This document shows positions 48,664-60,647 of a stretch of 64,000 nt of DNA, one piece after another (positions within the stretch are counted from its first letter, which is position 1; every line of letters starts with the position of its first letter). Made by a program: the position numbers and the translations under genes. The notes under the pieces were generated by a model, which saw only the letters and a list, made by a program, of their open reading frames with translations, did not search any database and was not told the DNA's origin. Source of the DNA: Octopus sinensis (lineage: Eukaryota); contig NC_043023.1 in the NCBI RefSeq assembly GCF_006345805.1, positions 12,152,001 to 12,216,000 on the forward strand. Direction: 5' to 3'.

Positions 48664-49928
48664 CTGTAAATCCCCGAGTATAGTCTGCCCTTGAGTATAA
48701 TACGCAGGGGATTTTTAGGGGGCTGTACCTCCAAAAAACCTAAACCTTGTGTATAATACGCACTTCTCTAACTTGAGTCGTGCGTAATTAAGCCAGCAGC
48801 ACCTAATCGAACGAACACTTCCGTGCATGGGTAATAAAATAATGGTGATGTTCTTAACTGTTATATGGGAATGTAAATATATTTGCAAATTGTTTTTGTT
48901 ACATGTTATTCTGTGTTCTGAATACTTTTATTATAATAAATGTTGCTTACTGCAAGTTATGGATGATTCTTTTATGACTTCATTGCTTTCAGGTTTAGCT
49001 TAACCCTTTCATTACTGTATTTATTTTGAGGTGCTCTGTGTTTTTTCCAATTATTTTAAATATAACAAAGAATTTAGTAAAATAACATCATTATCATTAA
49101 GCTAGTGTTAGGAACATAAATTGTGACTAAGGTTTGGTGGAAGATTTGAATTCAAAACTTATGAAAACAAGACATTTATACTAAAGAGCCAGAGCCAGGT
49201 TAGTAATGAAAGGGTAAAGGTATTTTCATGCCCGACATCACAAAATGTGTCTGAATAAAAATTGTCGGACACAAATAGAGACTCGGAGATTGCTTAGAAA
49301 ATATTTTTCAATTTTAACTCATATATAGTACGCACTAGGGATTTTGACCTTTAAATTTTGGGGGGAAAATGCGGATTATACTCAAGGATTTATGGTATAT
49401 ATTTATATATATATACCGTAAATCTTGGAGTATAGTCCACCCTTGAGTACAATACGCAGGAAATTTTTAGGGGGCTGTACCTCTGAAAAACCTAAATCTT
49501 GTGTATAATACACACCTCGTCTCTAACTTGAGTCAATAAGGTCTATATAACGTCCTTGGTTTGTAAAAATGTATACGGTAACGTCCTTTATTATTATTGT
49601 ATATATAACATAATACAAACGTGTAGCTTTTTTGTGCATTTTGTTTGCAGAAAATAAAGAAATAACAGTAATAACGTTTAATGAATGTTGCTTACTGCAA
49701 GTTATGGATGATTCTTTTATGACTTCATTGCCTTCAAGCTTAGCTTAAGGTATTTTCGCGCCCGACATCACAAAATGCATCTGAATAAACATTGCCGGAC
49801 AACAAATAGAGACTCAGACATTGCTGAGAAAATACTTTTCATTTTTAACCTCGTTATATAGTACGCACTAGGGATTTTGACCATTACATTTTGAGAAAAA
49901 ACTCCAGATGATACTCAAGGGTTTAAGG
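48664..49928. mobile_element. Two tandem Tc1/mariner (Tc2-like) MITEs, first containing a piggyBac-like MITE
   Basis: C(C/T)GTAAAT...ATT/GTTTA(T/A)GG ends with TA flanks: 48664-49395 and 49416-49928; removal restores ...GTGAG TA TTCATAC. Confidence 0.7.
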
Positions 49929-49944
49929 TACTCACATGTGTACT

Positions 49945-50874
49945 TCAGTGGCGTTTTCGAAAGAAGGACTCACCACAGATATCACACTGATATGGGTTTT
50001 CTCCAGCATGAATACCTTTGTGACTAGTCAAGTGACTATTTCTAGAGAATGAGGTTCCACAGATATCACAATGATATGATTTCTCTCCTGTATGTGTAGG
50101 TTTGTGTTTAAGCAAGTGACTTTTTTGAGAGAAAGATTTACAACAGATATTACAATGATATGGCTTCTCTCCTGTATGAATACGTTTGTGAATAATTAAA
50201 GCGTTATTTTCAGCAAATGATTTATCACAGATGTCGCAATGATACGGCTTTTCTCCTGTATGTGTAGTTTTGTGTTTACTCAAATCACCACGCCGACAGA
50301 ATGATTTACCACAGATATCACAAGGGTATGGCTTCTCACCCGAATGAATACGTTTGTGAATTGTTAGGTGACCGGATTCAGAGAACGATTTATCACAGAT
50401 ATCACAGTGAAATGGTTTTTCCCCGGTATGAATACGCTTATGAATAGTCAGCTTACTAGTTTCAGAAAATGATTTACCACAGATGTCACATTTATGAGGT
50501 CTTTCCCCAGTATGAACACGGTGGTGCCTAGTCAATTGACTGTTTCTGGAGAATGATTTACCACAGATATCACAATGAAATGGTTTCTCTCCTGTATGTG
50601 TAGGTCTGTGTTTAATCAAGTCTCCACTCTGAGTGAATGATTTACCACAGATATTGCAATGATACGGCTTCTCCCCTGTATGCGTACGCACGTGACGGGT
50701 CAACACAATACTTTGAGAGAATGATTTACCACAGACATTACAGTGATATGGTTTCACCGTTGTCTGAATGCATTTCTGTTTAGTTAAGACTCTTTCTTCA
50801 GTGAAAGACTTCTCTTCTGTATCAGCGATTTTTGGTTTATTTAAATTACTCATTTTAAGAGAATAATTTGTCAT
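49945..50874 (-). CDS. ZF8: C2H2 zinc-finger protein, 9 intact fingers
   Basis: Track start is GTG inside an insertion; first ATG 50874, family ATG 50853; last finger cut by TGA. Acceptor at 51420-51422. Confidence 0.88.
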   Translation of the reverse strand: MTNYSLKMSNLNKPKIADTEEKSFTEERVLTKQKCIQTTVKPYHCNVCGKSFSQSIVLTRHVRTHTGEKPYHCNICGKSFTQSGDLIKHRPTHTGEKPFHCDICGKSFSRNSQLTRHHRVHTGERPHKCDICGKSFSETSKLTIHKRIHTGEKPFHCDICDKSFSESGHLTIHKRIHSGEKPYPCDICGKSFCRRGDLSKHKTTHTGEKPYHCDICDKSFAENNALIIHKRIHTGEKPYHCNICCKSFSQKSHLLKHKPTHTGEKSYHCDICGTSFSRNSHLTSHKGIHAGENPYQCDICGESFFRKRH

Positions 50875-51589
50875 ACATGACACAAAGATGTCTTTTTCAT
50901 TCCAATGAATATGGTAGCATTCAGTTGCGTCACTATTTTCAGAGAATAATTTAATATTTACGGAGATGTACTTGCATAGCAGCACGGATTTTCGTCAGTG
51001 AACAGGTCGCGGTCTTAAAGCGACGAAAATATTTCGACAAATTAAACTTCAATGTTGAAGTGAATCGAACGGCTTTTGTGTGTTTCTTGAATGGCTTACA
51101 AACACCTTCCACGCTGCAATTTAATATTATATTTTTTTATCTCTGATTTTGTTTAATATCCAAAACAGATGAAAACTGTCAAGTCCTTTGTAAAGCTAAT
51201 CAAGTTTATTTAACCTGTAATGCAATCATCTTCTCTACATTCCACACAGCAAAAACAAGAAAATGTTGCCGTTATTTCCATCATCCAGAAGAAATATTTT
51301 CCAATTCTTTATCATAGATTTTTACTTATATAAAGTAGTTGATTTATTGGTGAAAGCTTTGTAAATTCCTCGTCTTCCTTTAATTGATGATGCGGAATAA
51401 AATCATCGGATGTGATATTCTGAAATAGGAAAAGATGGATGGTTAAATGACTTAATTATTCAATATGGCAAATATTACATTAACTTTCATCCATTAAATG
51501 TCTATGTTTGCATGGACCAGAATCCATTGAAGCATTGAAAGTTTTACATTTTATCCATGGGTGAATTGTTTTTAGGTTTCTCTATATTT

Positions 51590-52120
51590 TTTTCTTTTAT
51601 TCATTTCAGTCATTTGACTGCAGCCATGCTGGAGCACCGCCTTTAGTCGAGCAAATTGACCCAAGGACGTATTCTTTGTAAGCCAAGTACTTATTCTATC
51701 GGTGTCTTTTGCCGAACCACTAAGTTTACTCTTTTACTTGTTTCAGTCATTTAAATGTGGCCATGCTGGAGCACCGCCTTTAGTTGAGCAAATCGACCCT
51801 TGGACTTATTCTTTGTAAGCCTAGTACTTATTCTATCGGACTCTTTGCTGAACCGCTAGGTTACGGGGACGTAAACACACCAGCATCGGTTGTCAAGCAA
51901 TGCTAGGTGGACAAACACAGACACACACACAAATATATATATATATATAGAGAGATATGATGGGCTTCTTTCAGTTTCCATCTACCAAATCTACTCACAA
52001 GGCTTTGGTCGGCTTGAGGCTATAGTAGAAGACACTTGCTCAAGGTGCCACGTAGTGGGACTGAACCGAGAACCATGTGGTTGGTAAGCAAGCTACTTAC
52101 CACACAGCCACTCCTATGCC
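51590..52120 (-). mobile_element. SINE-A with duplicated tail
   Basis: Head at 52120; tail segment twice. Confidence 0.8.
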
Positions 52121-53069
52121 TATTTATTTATATTTTCCTCATTTTTTCTTTGCTTTCAACTGTTTCCCCTGTGAAGTGGCATGGTCTAGTGGTTAGCGTA
52201 AGGAGGTGAGTTTGATACCCAGTGGCACACTGTGCCCCCAAAGCACTTTATTTCACATTGCATCAGTCCACTCAGCCGGCAAAAATAAGTTGCATCTGTA
52301 ATTCAAAGGGCCATCCATGTCATATTGTGTGTCATGCTAGATGCTCCTGAGGACTATATTTAGGGTCCACATGTCTGTAGAACCCTCAGCCATTTGCATG
52401 TTTCTTCTAACACAAAGACACACACATAATTGTATGAATGATACAGATTCCATGCACCAAATTCCCTCATAAGGCTTTAGTTGGCCCAGGGCTGTAGTAG
52501 AAGGCACTTTGTCTAGATGCCACATAGTGTGGGTCAACACAGGACCACTTGCTTTGAAAGCAAATATATGGTTCAATATCCTTTATTTATAATTTTGAGA
52601 AATATTTTTGGCTGCTATTTCCAGCAGCTTGTGTGATCTATGTAAAAGCCCTTTTACTGAACAAGGCCCTCATCATTCTCAGCATTTTAACATCCACTCT
52701 TCCGAGCTTGAAGCAGACATTCTACAGCTGGATGCCCTTCCTGTTGCCAATCCTCACCTGTTTCCAAGTGAAGTGATTTTCCACCAAGTCCAAACATATT
52801 TACATGGAACATGGGAAAGAAAGAACATCGCCTCCATGATGACAAGGCTTCAGTTGGCCCAGGGCTATAGTAGAAGTCACTTTGTCGAGATGCCATATAG
52901 TGTGGGTCAACACAGGACCACTTGCTTTGAAAGCAAATACATGATAAAAGCCATATGATGATTGCTATTTCTAGCATAGTAAACGACCAGCAGAGGATGA
53001 GTTTTAATGGGTATATGATTGTTCTTATTGTTTGGTTGGTAATGTGGTGATTAGACGAGGGTTACATGT

Positions 53070-53217
53070 AAATGAAGGTACTACTTAAGAAGAGAGGTCC
53101 CGGTGCAAATGAAGGTACTACTTAAGAAGAGAGGTCCCGGTGCAAATGAAGGTACTACTTAAGAAGAGAGGTCCCGGTGCAAATGAAGGTACTACTTAAG
53201 AAGAGAGGTCCCGGTGC
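53070..53217. repeat. Four perfect 37-bp tandem repeats at the end of a GGTAC-family element (to 53601)
   Basis: AAATGAAGGTACTACTTAAGAAGAGAGGTCCCGGTGC at 53070, 53107, 53144, 53181. Confidence 0.9.
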
Positions 53218-53323
53218 GCTCACTCGCGCTAGCTAGTCGTGTTTTATTTACTTAGTTTTAAAAATTATTTACTTTGTGTTTGGCGTAACTTCGGTATAAG
53301 TACCGGATACATTTCGAGAAAGT

Positions 53324-53357
<34 letters not shown>

Positions 53358-54125
53358 GGGGTTAGGGTTAGGGGTGGGAGAAAAGGGTTTTTGTTATCTT
53401 CAGAAATGTAAACAAAGTCATGTTTGTACTTATACCGAAGGATCGCCTTGCGTTTTTCTGTTTTATTTACTTTGTTTAACAAAAATTATTTATTTTGTTT
53501 TATTTACTTTGCTAGGTAATCGTTGTAGGACCGACTAGTCATGACTAGCTAACCCGGATACGCGAGTACGCGCACCGGGACCACTGTTCGGTAGTAGTAC
53601 CGAAAATCAAGAATAAAGATTCCCTAAATAGGACCAAAAACCATTTTAATTCTGTTGATTCGTTGCAAGACGTTGGCGGCATTCTAGTAAAAAAAGGAGG
53701 ATATCCGTCCATCAAAAGGAAAAGATCCGGAGGGGAATATATTGTGAGATGGTAACTTACTGTGAGAGAAGGGTATCGGGACACCATGTGTTGGGAGTCG
53801 GAGCTAAGAGAGCCAGCAGCATCAGTTCTAGGGGCAGTGAGGGACCTGACTTGCCAAAAGGAAAAGAGGAACAGTCTTGGCAATTGGGTTCCTTTATACG
53901 TCCTTCACAATTTCCATTCAAGGCTGTTGCGATTTGCACATGCGTCGTCGCTGCCTGCATTGTCTCTTTCCGGGTTATTTTTTATGTTTAGCCCTGGGAC
54001 AGTCCAAGGGGACACGGCGGGAATGATCCGTTGTTGAGAACAGGGCTCCCGGTGCGCGCACTTGCGTACTCGCGCATCCCCGCTTGCTAGTCGTGATTAG
54101 TCGATCTTTGTGTTAAAAAATTATT

Positions 54126-54272
54126 GGATCTTTTCGGTTTGACCGGCAGTTTTTAAAAATAATTTCCACGTAACTAAACACTTTTAAACTTTGTATACTG
54201 GTAGAATGTGTTTATAAAACATCTTTTTCTCTTGGCTTTATTGAGAAAATTTTACAGTTTGTAAGATATTTG
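54126..54272 (+). mobile_element. Truncated GGATC MITE
   Basis: Left TIR and about 145 bp. Confidence 0.8.
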
Positions 54273-54367
54273 GTCTTAATTATTTAAATTATAAATTAGG
54301 GTATCTGCGAGATACCACCATGCTGAAAATAGCAGCCATGATCCGACTCTAAGGTGGTTTCTAGCGC

Positions 54368-54384
54368 GTAGAGCCATCTCGGGG
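54368..54384. promoter_or_regulatory. CTCF-like element near ZF9 first exon
   Basis: GTAGAGCCATCTCGGGG shares 12 bp with the other copies; 106 bp from donor 54490. Confidence 0.45.
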
Positions 54385-55185
54385 AGGATCGGGGAAATAG
54401 AATCATTTAAAGGGGAATACCTTTTTACAGCAGTGGAAAATTTAAATATTCATGGTGGTTTAATTTCGGGCACTGATGCGTAAGAATACGGTAAGTTGAC
54501 AAATATTTATCTTAAGGTTGTAATAAGAAAAAGTAATATTAAGGTATTTTCCTACATGTCGTTCGTAAAATGATATAAAAATTTAAAAATTTGATCTCAA
54601 AACGTATATTTCAGTAAAACATTTCATAATTATAAGTGGAACACACTACGAACAATGAATGAAAATTGCGGGAAAATGTTTGAGTTATTTTGAATCGAGT
54701 TTCGCCCTGGGCATATTTGAGAATTGTTCAACAATCCACGTCGAGAACACAAAGTAATACAAGTAGCTGGATTTGAGAAAGATCGAACCAGTATCGTAAT
54801 TGTAAGGCTTTAATTGATTATGGGCTGATCTGTAAGTATTTCGTTGGAATTCACAATAAAACGAAGAACAGCCAGGTGTCGCAGCAAGACATACTAATCG
54901 AAATGAAATAAAATTTAGACTAAAACAAATTCGATTTTACGGACATCAAATAGGAAATGACCAATAATAATGTTGAATAGGAAAATCTGTTTCCTTGTCT
55001 TTGACAATTACTTCCAAATCGAAAAGTTGAAAGCCTATTTTTGATGTTACATGCGATGTACATTAATTTAAATGGTTTGTGTTAATATACAGTGGCGTAA
55101 TAGATAAATAAAATGAGAGGAAAGCCAGTGAAAAATATATTAATCGGTTAATCTACAATTTAAGACATGGTCACCTAAAAAAAAA

Positions 55186-57115
55186 GGTTAATATAGGGCG
55201 TAACAAATATCAGAAAATCAAAAAAAAATGTGTGTAATAGGTGTAAAACAACTTCCTATGAACGAATATGAAAAAAAAAATTCGCGCACGCGAAAGGGGG
55301 GTGGGGGAGAGGCCTCGGAAAATTCACATCGGGAAGTTCCGAAAGCGTCTGAGGAGCTGACCCGGGCACCAAAACAAAAAAAAAATAGTGTAATATGTGT
55401 AAAACAACTTGCTCTAAACGAATATGACAAAAAAAAATGCGCTCTCGCGAAAGAGGGGTGGGGGAGAGGCCTCGGAATATTTATATCGGGAATTTCCGAA
55501 AGCGTCTGAACCGGGCACAAAAACAAAAACAAAAACAGCGTAATAGGTGTAAAACAACTTGCTCTAAACGACTATCATGAAAAAAATGCGCGCTCGCGAA
55601 AGGGGGGTGGGGGAGAGGCTTCGGAAATTTCACATCTTCAGTCCACGGCCTTTAAACTAAGAAAAAATAGTGTAATTGGTGTAAAACTACTTGTTCTAAA
55701 CGAGTATCAAGAACACACACTCACACATGAATCATAAACTCCGTATTTCGCAAAAAAAAAAAAATAAAGAGAAGAAATTCTGGAAAAAGTGAAGAAATGT
55801 TGGATCTCATTCCTTGGTTAAAGCTATTTTAAACATTAAATTTATGCTTTTCTTTGAAATAGTTCAGATATATGCAATTCTTCTCACTTATTAAGATGCA
55901 TTTATCAGAAAAAAAGAGACAGAAAAAATTATTATTTTGTGTCAATCCTTCCCTAATTATCCTTTATTAATTAGTTTTGGCGTGTATTTTTTTCCCAAAT
56001 TTATTTTTTCACCTTTACAACACTGTTTAGTAAAGCAATTAATTATCTTTATAATTTGCATATTTGACTTATTAATCAAAATTCTCTAGATGTAATATAT
56101 ACTAAGTAATGCATCCTTCATTTATGTGTTCCGTTCTGTATTATGCATGCGTGACTGTTTGTATGTAAGTGTGTTTAACTGTGCACATGAATGTGAATAT
56201 TAAAGAACATATTTATTTACTATGATTGTTATTTTCAGAACAAATAAATCTTTTGGCTGTTATGTTATTGATGTTATTATTATTGCTAGTTAAAGGGTGG
56301 TGACTTGGCTGAATATTTTGAGTCTTGTAGTATGTAGTTGTGTTAGTCAATATTCTGAGTTCAAATCCAACTCATTTCTTTATCATCATTATCGATGGAC
56401 CACTCAAAGAGGTATGTATACATTATCATTTTCGTAACATAATTTCTGTAGTATTTCAAGATGTTTCTGACACGTATTTTGATTCACATGGCGGAGATCC
56501 AACATTTCTTCACTTTTTCCAGAATTTCTTCTCTTTATTTTTTTTTTTGCGAAATACGGAGTTTATGATTCATGTGTGAGTGTGTGTTCTTGATACTCGT
56601 TTAGAACAAGTAGTTTTACACCAATTACACTATTTTTTCTTAGTTTAAAGGCCGTGGACTGAAGATGTGAAATTTCCGAAGCCTCTCCCCCACCCCCCTT
56701 TCGCGAGCGCGCATTTTTTTCATGATAGTCGTTTAGAGCAAGTTGTTTTACACCTATTACGCTGTTTTTGTTTTTGTTTTTGTGCCCGGTTCAGACGCTT
56801 TCGGAAATTCCCGATATAAATATTCCGAGGCCTCTCCCCCACCCCTCTTTCTCGAGAGCGCATTTTTTTTTTCATATTAGTTTAGAGCAAGTTGTTTTAC
56901 ACATATTACACTATTTTTTTTTTGTTTTGGTGCCCGGGTCAGCCCCTCAGACGCTTTCGGAACTTCCCGATGTGAATTTTCCGAGGCCTCTCCCCCACCC
57001 CCCTTTCGCGTGCGCGAATTTTTTTTTTCATATTCGTTCATAGGAAGTTGTTTTACACCTATTTACACACATTTTTTTTTTGATTTTCTGATATTTGTTA
57101 CGCCCTATATTAACC
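55186..57115. mobile_element. 1.93-kb foldback DNA element (MULE- or Merlin-like, non-autonomous)
   Basis: About 620-bp TIRs (55186-55808, 56494-57115) starting GGTTAATATAGGG; exactly nine A on each side (9-bp TSD). Confidence 0.85.
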
Positions 57116-57252
57116 AAAAAAAAACCCAGCCTACTATGTGTAGAAAACGAATGTGTAAAAATAAAATTTGCGCAAACGAACGTGGATGGCGGGGAAAGAG
57201 GACCTTCGGAAAATTCACATAATTATTATTACTATTATTATTATTATTATTA

Positions 57253-57615
57253 GGATCTTTTCGGTTTGACCGGCAGTTTTTTAAAAATAATTTCCACGTA
57301 ACTAAACACTTTTAAACTTCGTATACTGGTAGAATGTGTTTATAAAATATCTTTTTCTCTTGGCTTTATTGAGAAAATTCTATAGTTTGTAAGATATTTG
57401 TTGTCGTTTTTTTTTTTTCAATTTCTGCAATTTCAACCAATCACTGACGTCTATTGAGGTAAAAAAAAAACATTCTGTGCCGTATGAATATGTCCCTCGT
57501 TTAAGAAACAGATTGGGTTTATTTACATTTCTGAAGAAAAAAAGATACCCTTCCCCCCACCCCTGACCCTAAACAGATTGAAATGCAATAGATCGATACT
57601 AGGGTCATAATTATG
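57253..57615 (+). mobile_element. GGATC MITE lacking right TIR
   Basis: Family sequence from left TIR to CATAATTATG. Confidence 0.8.
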
Positions 57616-58372
57616 TCCACGGGTGTTAGACAGGTGGAGTTTGAAAAGGTGCTCAGAGTTATTGTTTGTAAGATGGTTTATTTTTTTTTATGTGAACCCT
57701 TCCAAGTTATAGTATTCAAATGGAATCAAAGACACATAAAAACTTTGGAAAAATATGGTTCTCTGTTCTTAGATGTATCAAGCTTTGCTTTTTCTGAAAG
57801 ATATGAGGAGATAACTTTAGACTGGCTATACCTAAACACTTGTTTAGGTATGGCCAGTTTTTCAACACCTCAATGAATTCTGACCCATGTGAGCATAGAC
57901 ATTAAATGGATGAGTGTTGATGCTGTAATATTTGCAATGTTCAATTACTATATCTTTTACTCTTTATCTTACTGCTTCTTTTCTTATTTCAGAATATCCC
58001 AACTTGTTGACGTCAAAGAAATTTCTTCATTGAGATGTACCTTTGATAGTTTTATCAACTTTCATCAACTAAAGGAAGATGATATATTTATAAGGAGCAT
58101 TCATCAACACATCAACCTCTTTATATAAATAATATCTATGACAAACAACAGTGAAATATTTTTCTTGTCTTCACTGTCTGGAATGTAGAGGAGGTGATTG
58201 CTTTACATGTTGGATAACTTTACAAACAAGTTGACAGTTTTCACCTGCTGAGTTAGATATTAAATAATCCCACAGATGAGAGAAACATAGCCTTAAATTT
58301 TTCCCTGAAAATAGTGACTCAACTGAACATGAACATATTCATAGAAATGAAAAAAATATCATTGTGATATGT

Positions 58373-59860
58373 ATGGTAAATTATTCTCTCATGATGAATA
58401 ATTTAATAAAATCTGACAACTGTGATACAGGAGAGGAATCATATTCCTGTGATGTCTGTGGTAAATCATTCTCTGGAAAAAGTTACTTGACTGTTCACAA
58501 ACGTACACATACAGGAGAGAAGCCATATCAGTGTGATATCTGTGGTAAATCTTTCTCTTGCAGTAGTCACTTGTGTAGACATAAACGTATTCATACCGGG
58601 GAAAAACAATATCATTGTGACATCTGTGGTAAATCATTCTTTCAGAGCAGTACTTTAATTAGACACAGAAGTGTTCATACAGGTGAGAAGCCATATCATT
58701 GTGATATCTGTGGTCAGGTATTCTCTCAAAGTAATTACTTGACCATTCACAGACGTGTCCATACTGGAGAAAAACCATATCACTGTGATATCTGTGGTAA
58801 ATCATTTTCTCAAAATAACACTGTAACTAGTCACAAACGTACACATACAGGAGAAAAGCCATATCATTGTGACATCTGTGGTAAATCATTCATGGAAAAT
58901 GGTCACTTGACTAAACACAAACTGATTCACACAAAAGAAAAACCATATCATTGTGATATCTGTGGCAAATCATTTTCTCAAAATGGTCACTTGACTGGTC
59001 ACAGACGTATCCATACTGGGGAAAAACCATATCACTGTGATATATGTGACAAATCATTTTCTGAAAACAGCGCTTTAACTAAACACAAACTTGTTCATAC
59101 AGGTGAGAAACCATATCATTGTGATATCTGTGGCAAATCGTTCTCTCAAAATAGTCAGTTGACGAGTCACAGACTTACTCATGCTAGGGAAAAGCCATAT
59201 TCCTGTGATGTTTGTGATAAATCATTTTCTAAAAATAGCACTTTAACTAAACACAAAAATATTCATACAGGTGAGAAACCGTATCATTGCAATACCTGTG
59301 GTAAATCATTCTCTTGTAATAGTGCTTTAACTAGTCACAGACGTATTCATACTGGGGAAAAACTATATCATTGTGATATCTGTGGTAAATCATTTGCTGA
59401 CAGTAGCAATTTAACTTATCACAAACGTGTTCATACGGGAGAGAAGCCATATGATTGTAACATCTGTGGTAAATCATTCTCCCGAAGTAGTTACTTGACT
59501 AGTCACAGACGTGTTCACACAGGAGAAAAACCATATCATTGTGATATCTGTGGTAAATCATTTTCTCACAACAATACTTTAAATAATCACAAACGCGTTC
59601 ATACAGGAGAGAAGCCATATCATTGTGATATCTGTGGTAAATCATTCTCTGAAAGTAGTTACTTGACTATTCACAGACGTGTTCACACTGGGGAAAGACC
59701 ATATCACTGTGATATTTGTGGCAAATCATTTTCTTACAATAACAATTTAACCAGTCACAAGCGTATTCATACTGGAGAGAAGCCATATCATTGTGATGTC
59801 TGTGGTAAATCATTCTTTAAAAAAGGCCATTTAAGTACACATGTGAGTAGTCACACATAA
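58373..59860 (+). CDS. ZF9: C2H2 zinc-finger protein, 17 fingers
   Basis: First ATG 58373 (track start GTG), family ATG ATG AAT AAT at 58391; ends [13 protein letters not shown]. Intron 54491-57992. Confidence 0.93.
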   Translation: MVNYSLMMNNLIKSDNCDTGEESYSCDVCGKSFSGKSYLTVHKRTHTGEKPYQCDICGKSFSCSSHLCRHKRIHTGEKQYHCDICGKSFFQSSTLIRHRSVHTGEKPYHCDICGQVFSQSNYLTIHRRVHTGEKPYHCDICGKSFSQNNTVTSHKRTHTGEKPYHCDICGKSFMENGHLTKHKLIHTKEKPYHCDICGKSFSQNGHLTGHRRIHTGEKPYHCDICDKSFSENSALTKHKLVHTGEKPYHCDICGKSFSQNSQLTSHRLTHAREKPYSCDVCDKSFSKNSTLTKHKNIHTGEKPYHCNTCGKSFSCNSALTSHRRIHTGEKLYHCDICGKSFADSSNLTYHKRVHTGEKPYDCNICGKSFSRSSYLTSHRRVHTGEKPYHCDICGKSFSHNNTLNNHKRVHTGEKPYHCDICGKSFSESSYLTIHRRVHTGERPYHCDICGKSFSYNNNLTSHKRIHTGEKPYHCDVCGKSFFKKGHLSTHVSSHT

Positions 59861-59903
59861 GTGTTACTGTAACTGTACATTTACTATAGAGCAGTTGTAT
59901 ACT

Positions 59904-60309
59904 CTCTCTTTTACTTGTTTCAGTCATGTGACTGTGGCCATGCTGGAGCACCGCCTTTAGTCGATCAAATCGACCCCGGGACTTATTCTTTGTAAGCCTA
60001 GTACTTATTCTATTGGTCTCTTTTGCCGAACCACTAAATTACGGGGATGTAAACACACCAACATCAGTTGTCAAGTGATGCTGGGGGACAAACACAGACA
60101 CGCAAACACGCACATACATATATATATATATATATATACTTATATACGACAGGCTTCTTTCAGTTTCCGTCTACCAAATCCACTCAGAAGTCTTTGGTCG
60201 GCCCGAGGCTATAGTAGAAGAGACTTGCCCAAGGTGCCACGCAGTGGGACTGAACCCGGAACCGTGTGGTTCATAAGCAAACTACTTATCACACGGCCAC
60301 TCCTACGCC
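59904..60309 (-). mobile_element. SINE-A in ZF9 3' region
   Basis: Full copy, antisense to ZF9. Confidence 0.85.
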
Positions 60310-60462
60310 TATTGTCCTACTGTCAACTTAACGTGACAGTCCCATAAAAGGAATTACACCACCGTTGTTTAGCCCTAGGAAGCATCAACGCTCCCTATTG
60401 GCCTTGACACATTTCCTGTGTCCTTATGTTTACAAGGGGTAGACAAGCACCCTCATCCAGCT

Positions 60463-60525
60463 AAGCCTTAATCCAGAGACTAGTTTCTGAGTTTTACTCT
60501 TCATCAGTCTGGAGTAGCATGGCTT
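60463..60525 (-). ncRNA. Type I hammerhead ribozyme motif (HHR-b)
   Basis: AAGCC-AUGCUAC-UCCAGA CUGAUGA A-GAGU-AAA-ACUC-A GAAA C-UA-G UC^ UCUGGA-UUAA-GGCUU: 6-bp helix I plus 5-bp extension. Confidence 0.78.
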
Positions 60526-60647
60526 GCTGGCTGGCTGGTTGAAGATGCCTGTCTAGACCTTGCAAACATATAGAATTTCAGTGAAGTAAATTCACTGATC
60601 AGAAAAAAAAAATAGAAATATTAAATTTCTAAATATCTAAATATATA

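Noticed and set aside
50875-50985. N-terminal extension of ZF8 from an inserted element
   Set aside because: Track start is GTG, not ATG; the same applies to GTG/TTG starts given for ZF2, ZF6 and ZF9.
53070-53217. 37-bp direct repeats (and the 52-bp arrays) as CRISPR
   Set aside because: No spacers, eukaryotic context, unit derives from a transposon end.
56655-56700. CTGAAGA in the foldback TIR as a fourth hammerhead
   Set aside because: Second box is GAAG, helix II does not pair.
55218-57222. ORFs within the foldback arms as a transposase
   Set aside because: Low-complexity mirror ORFs with no DDE motifs.
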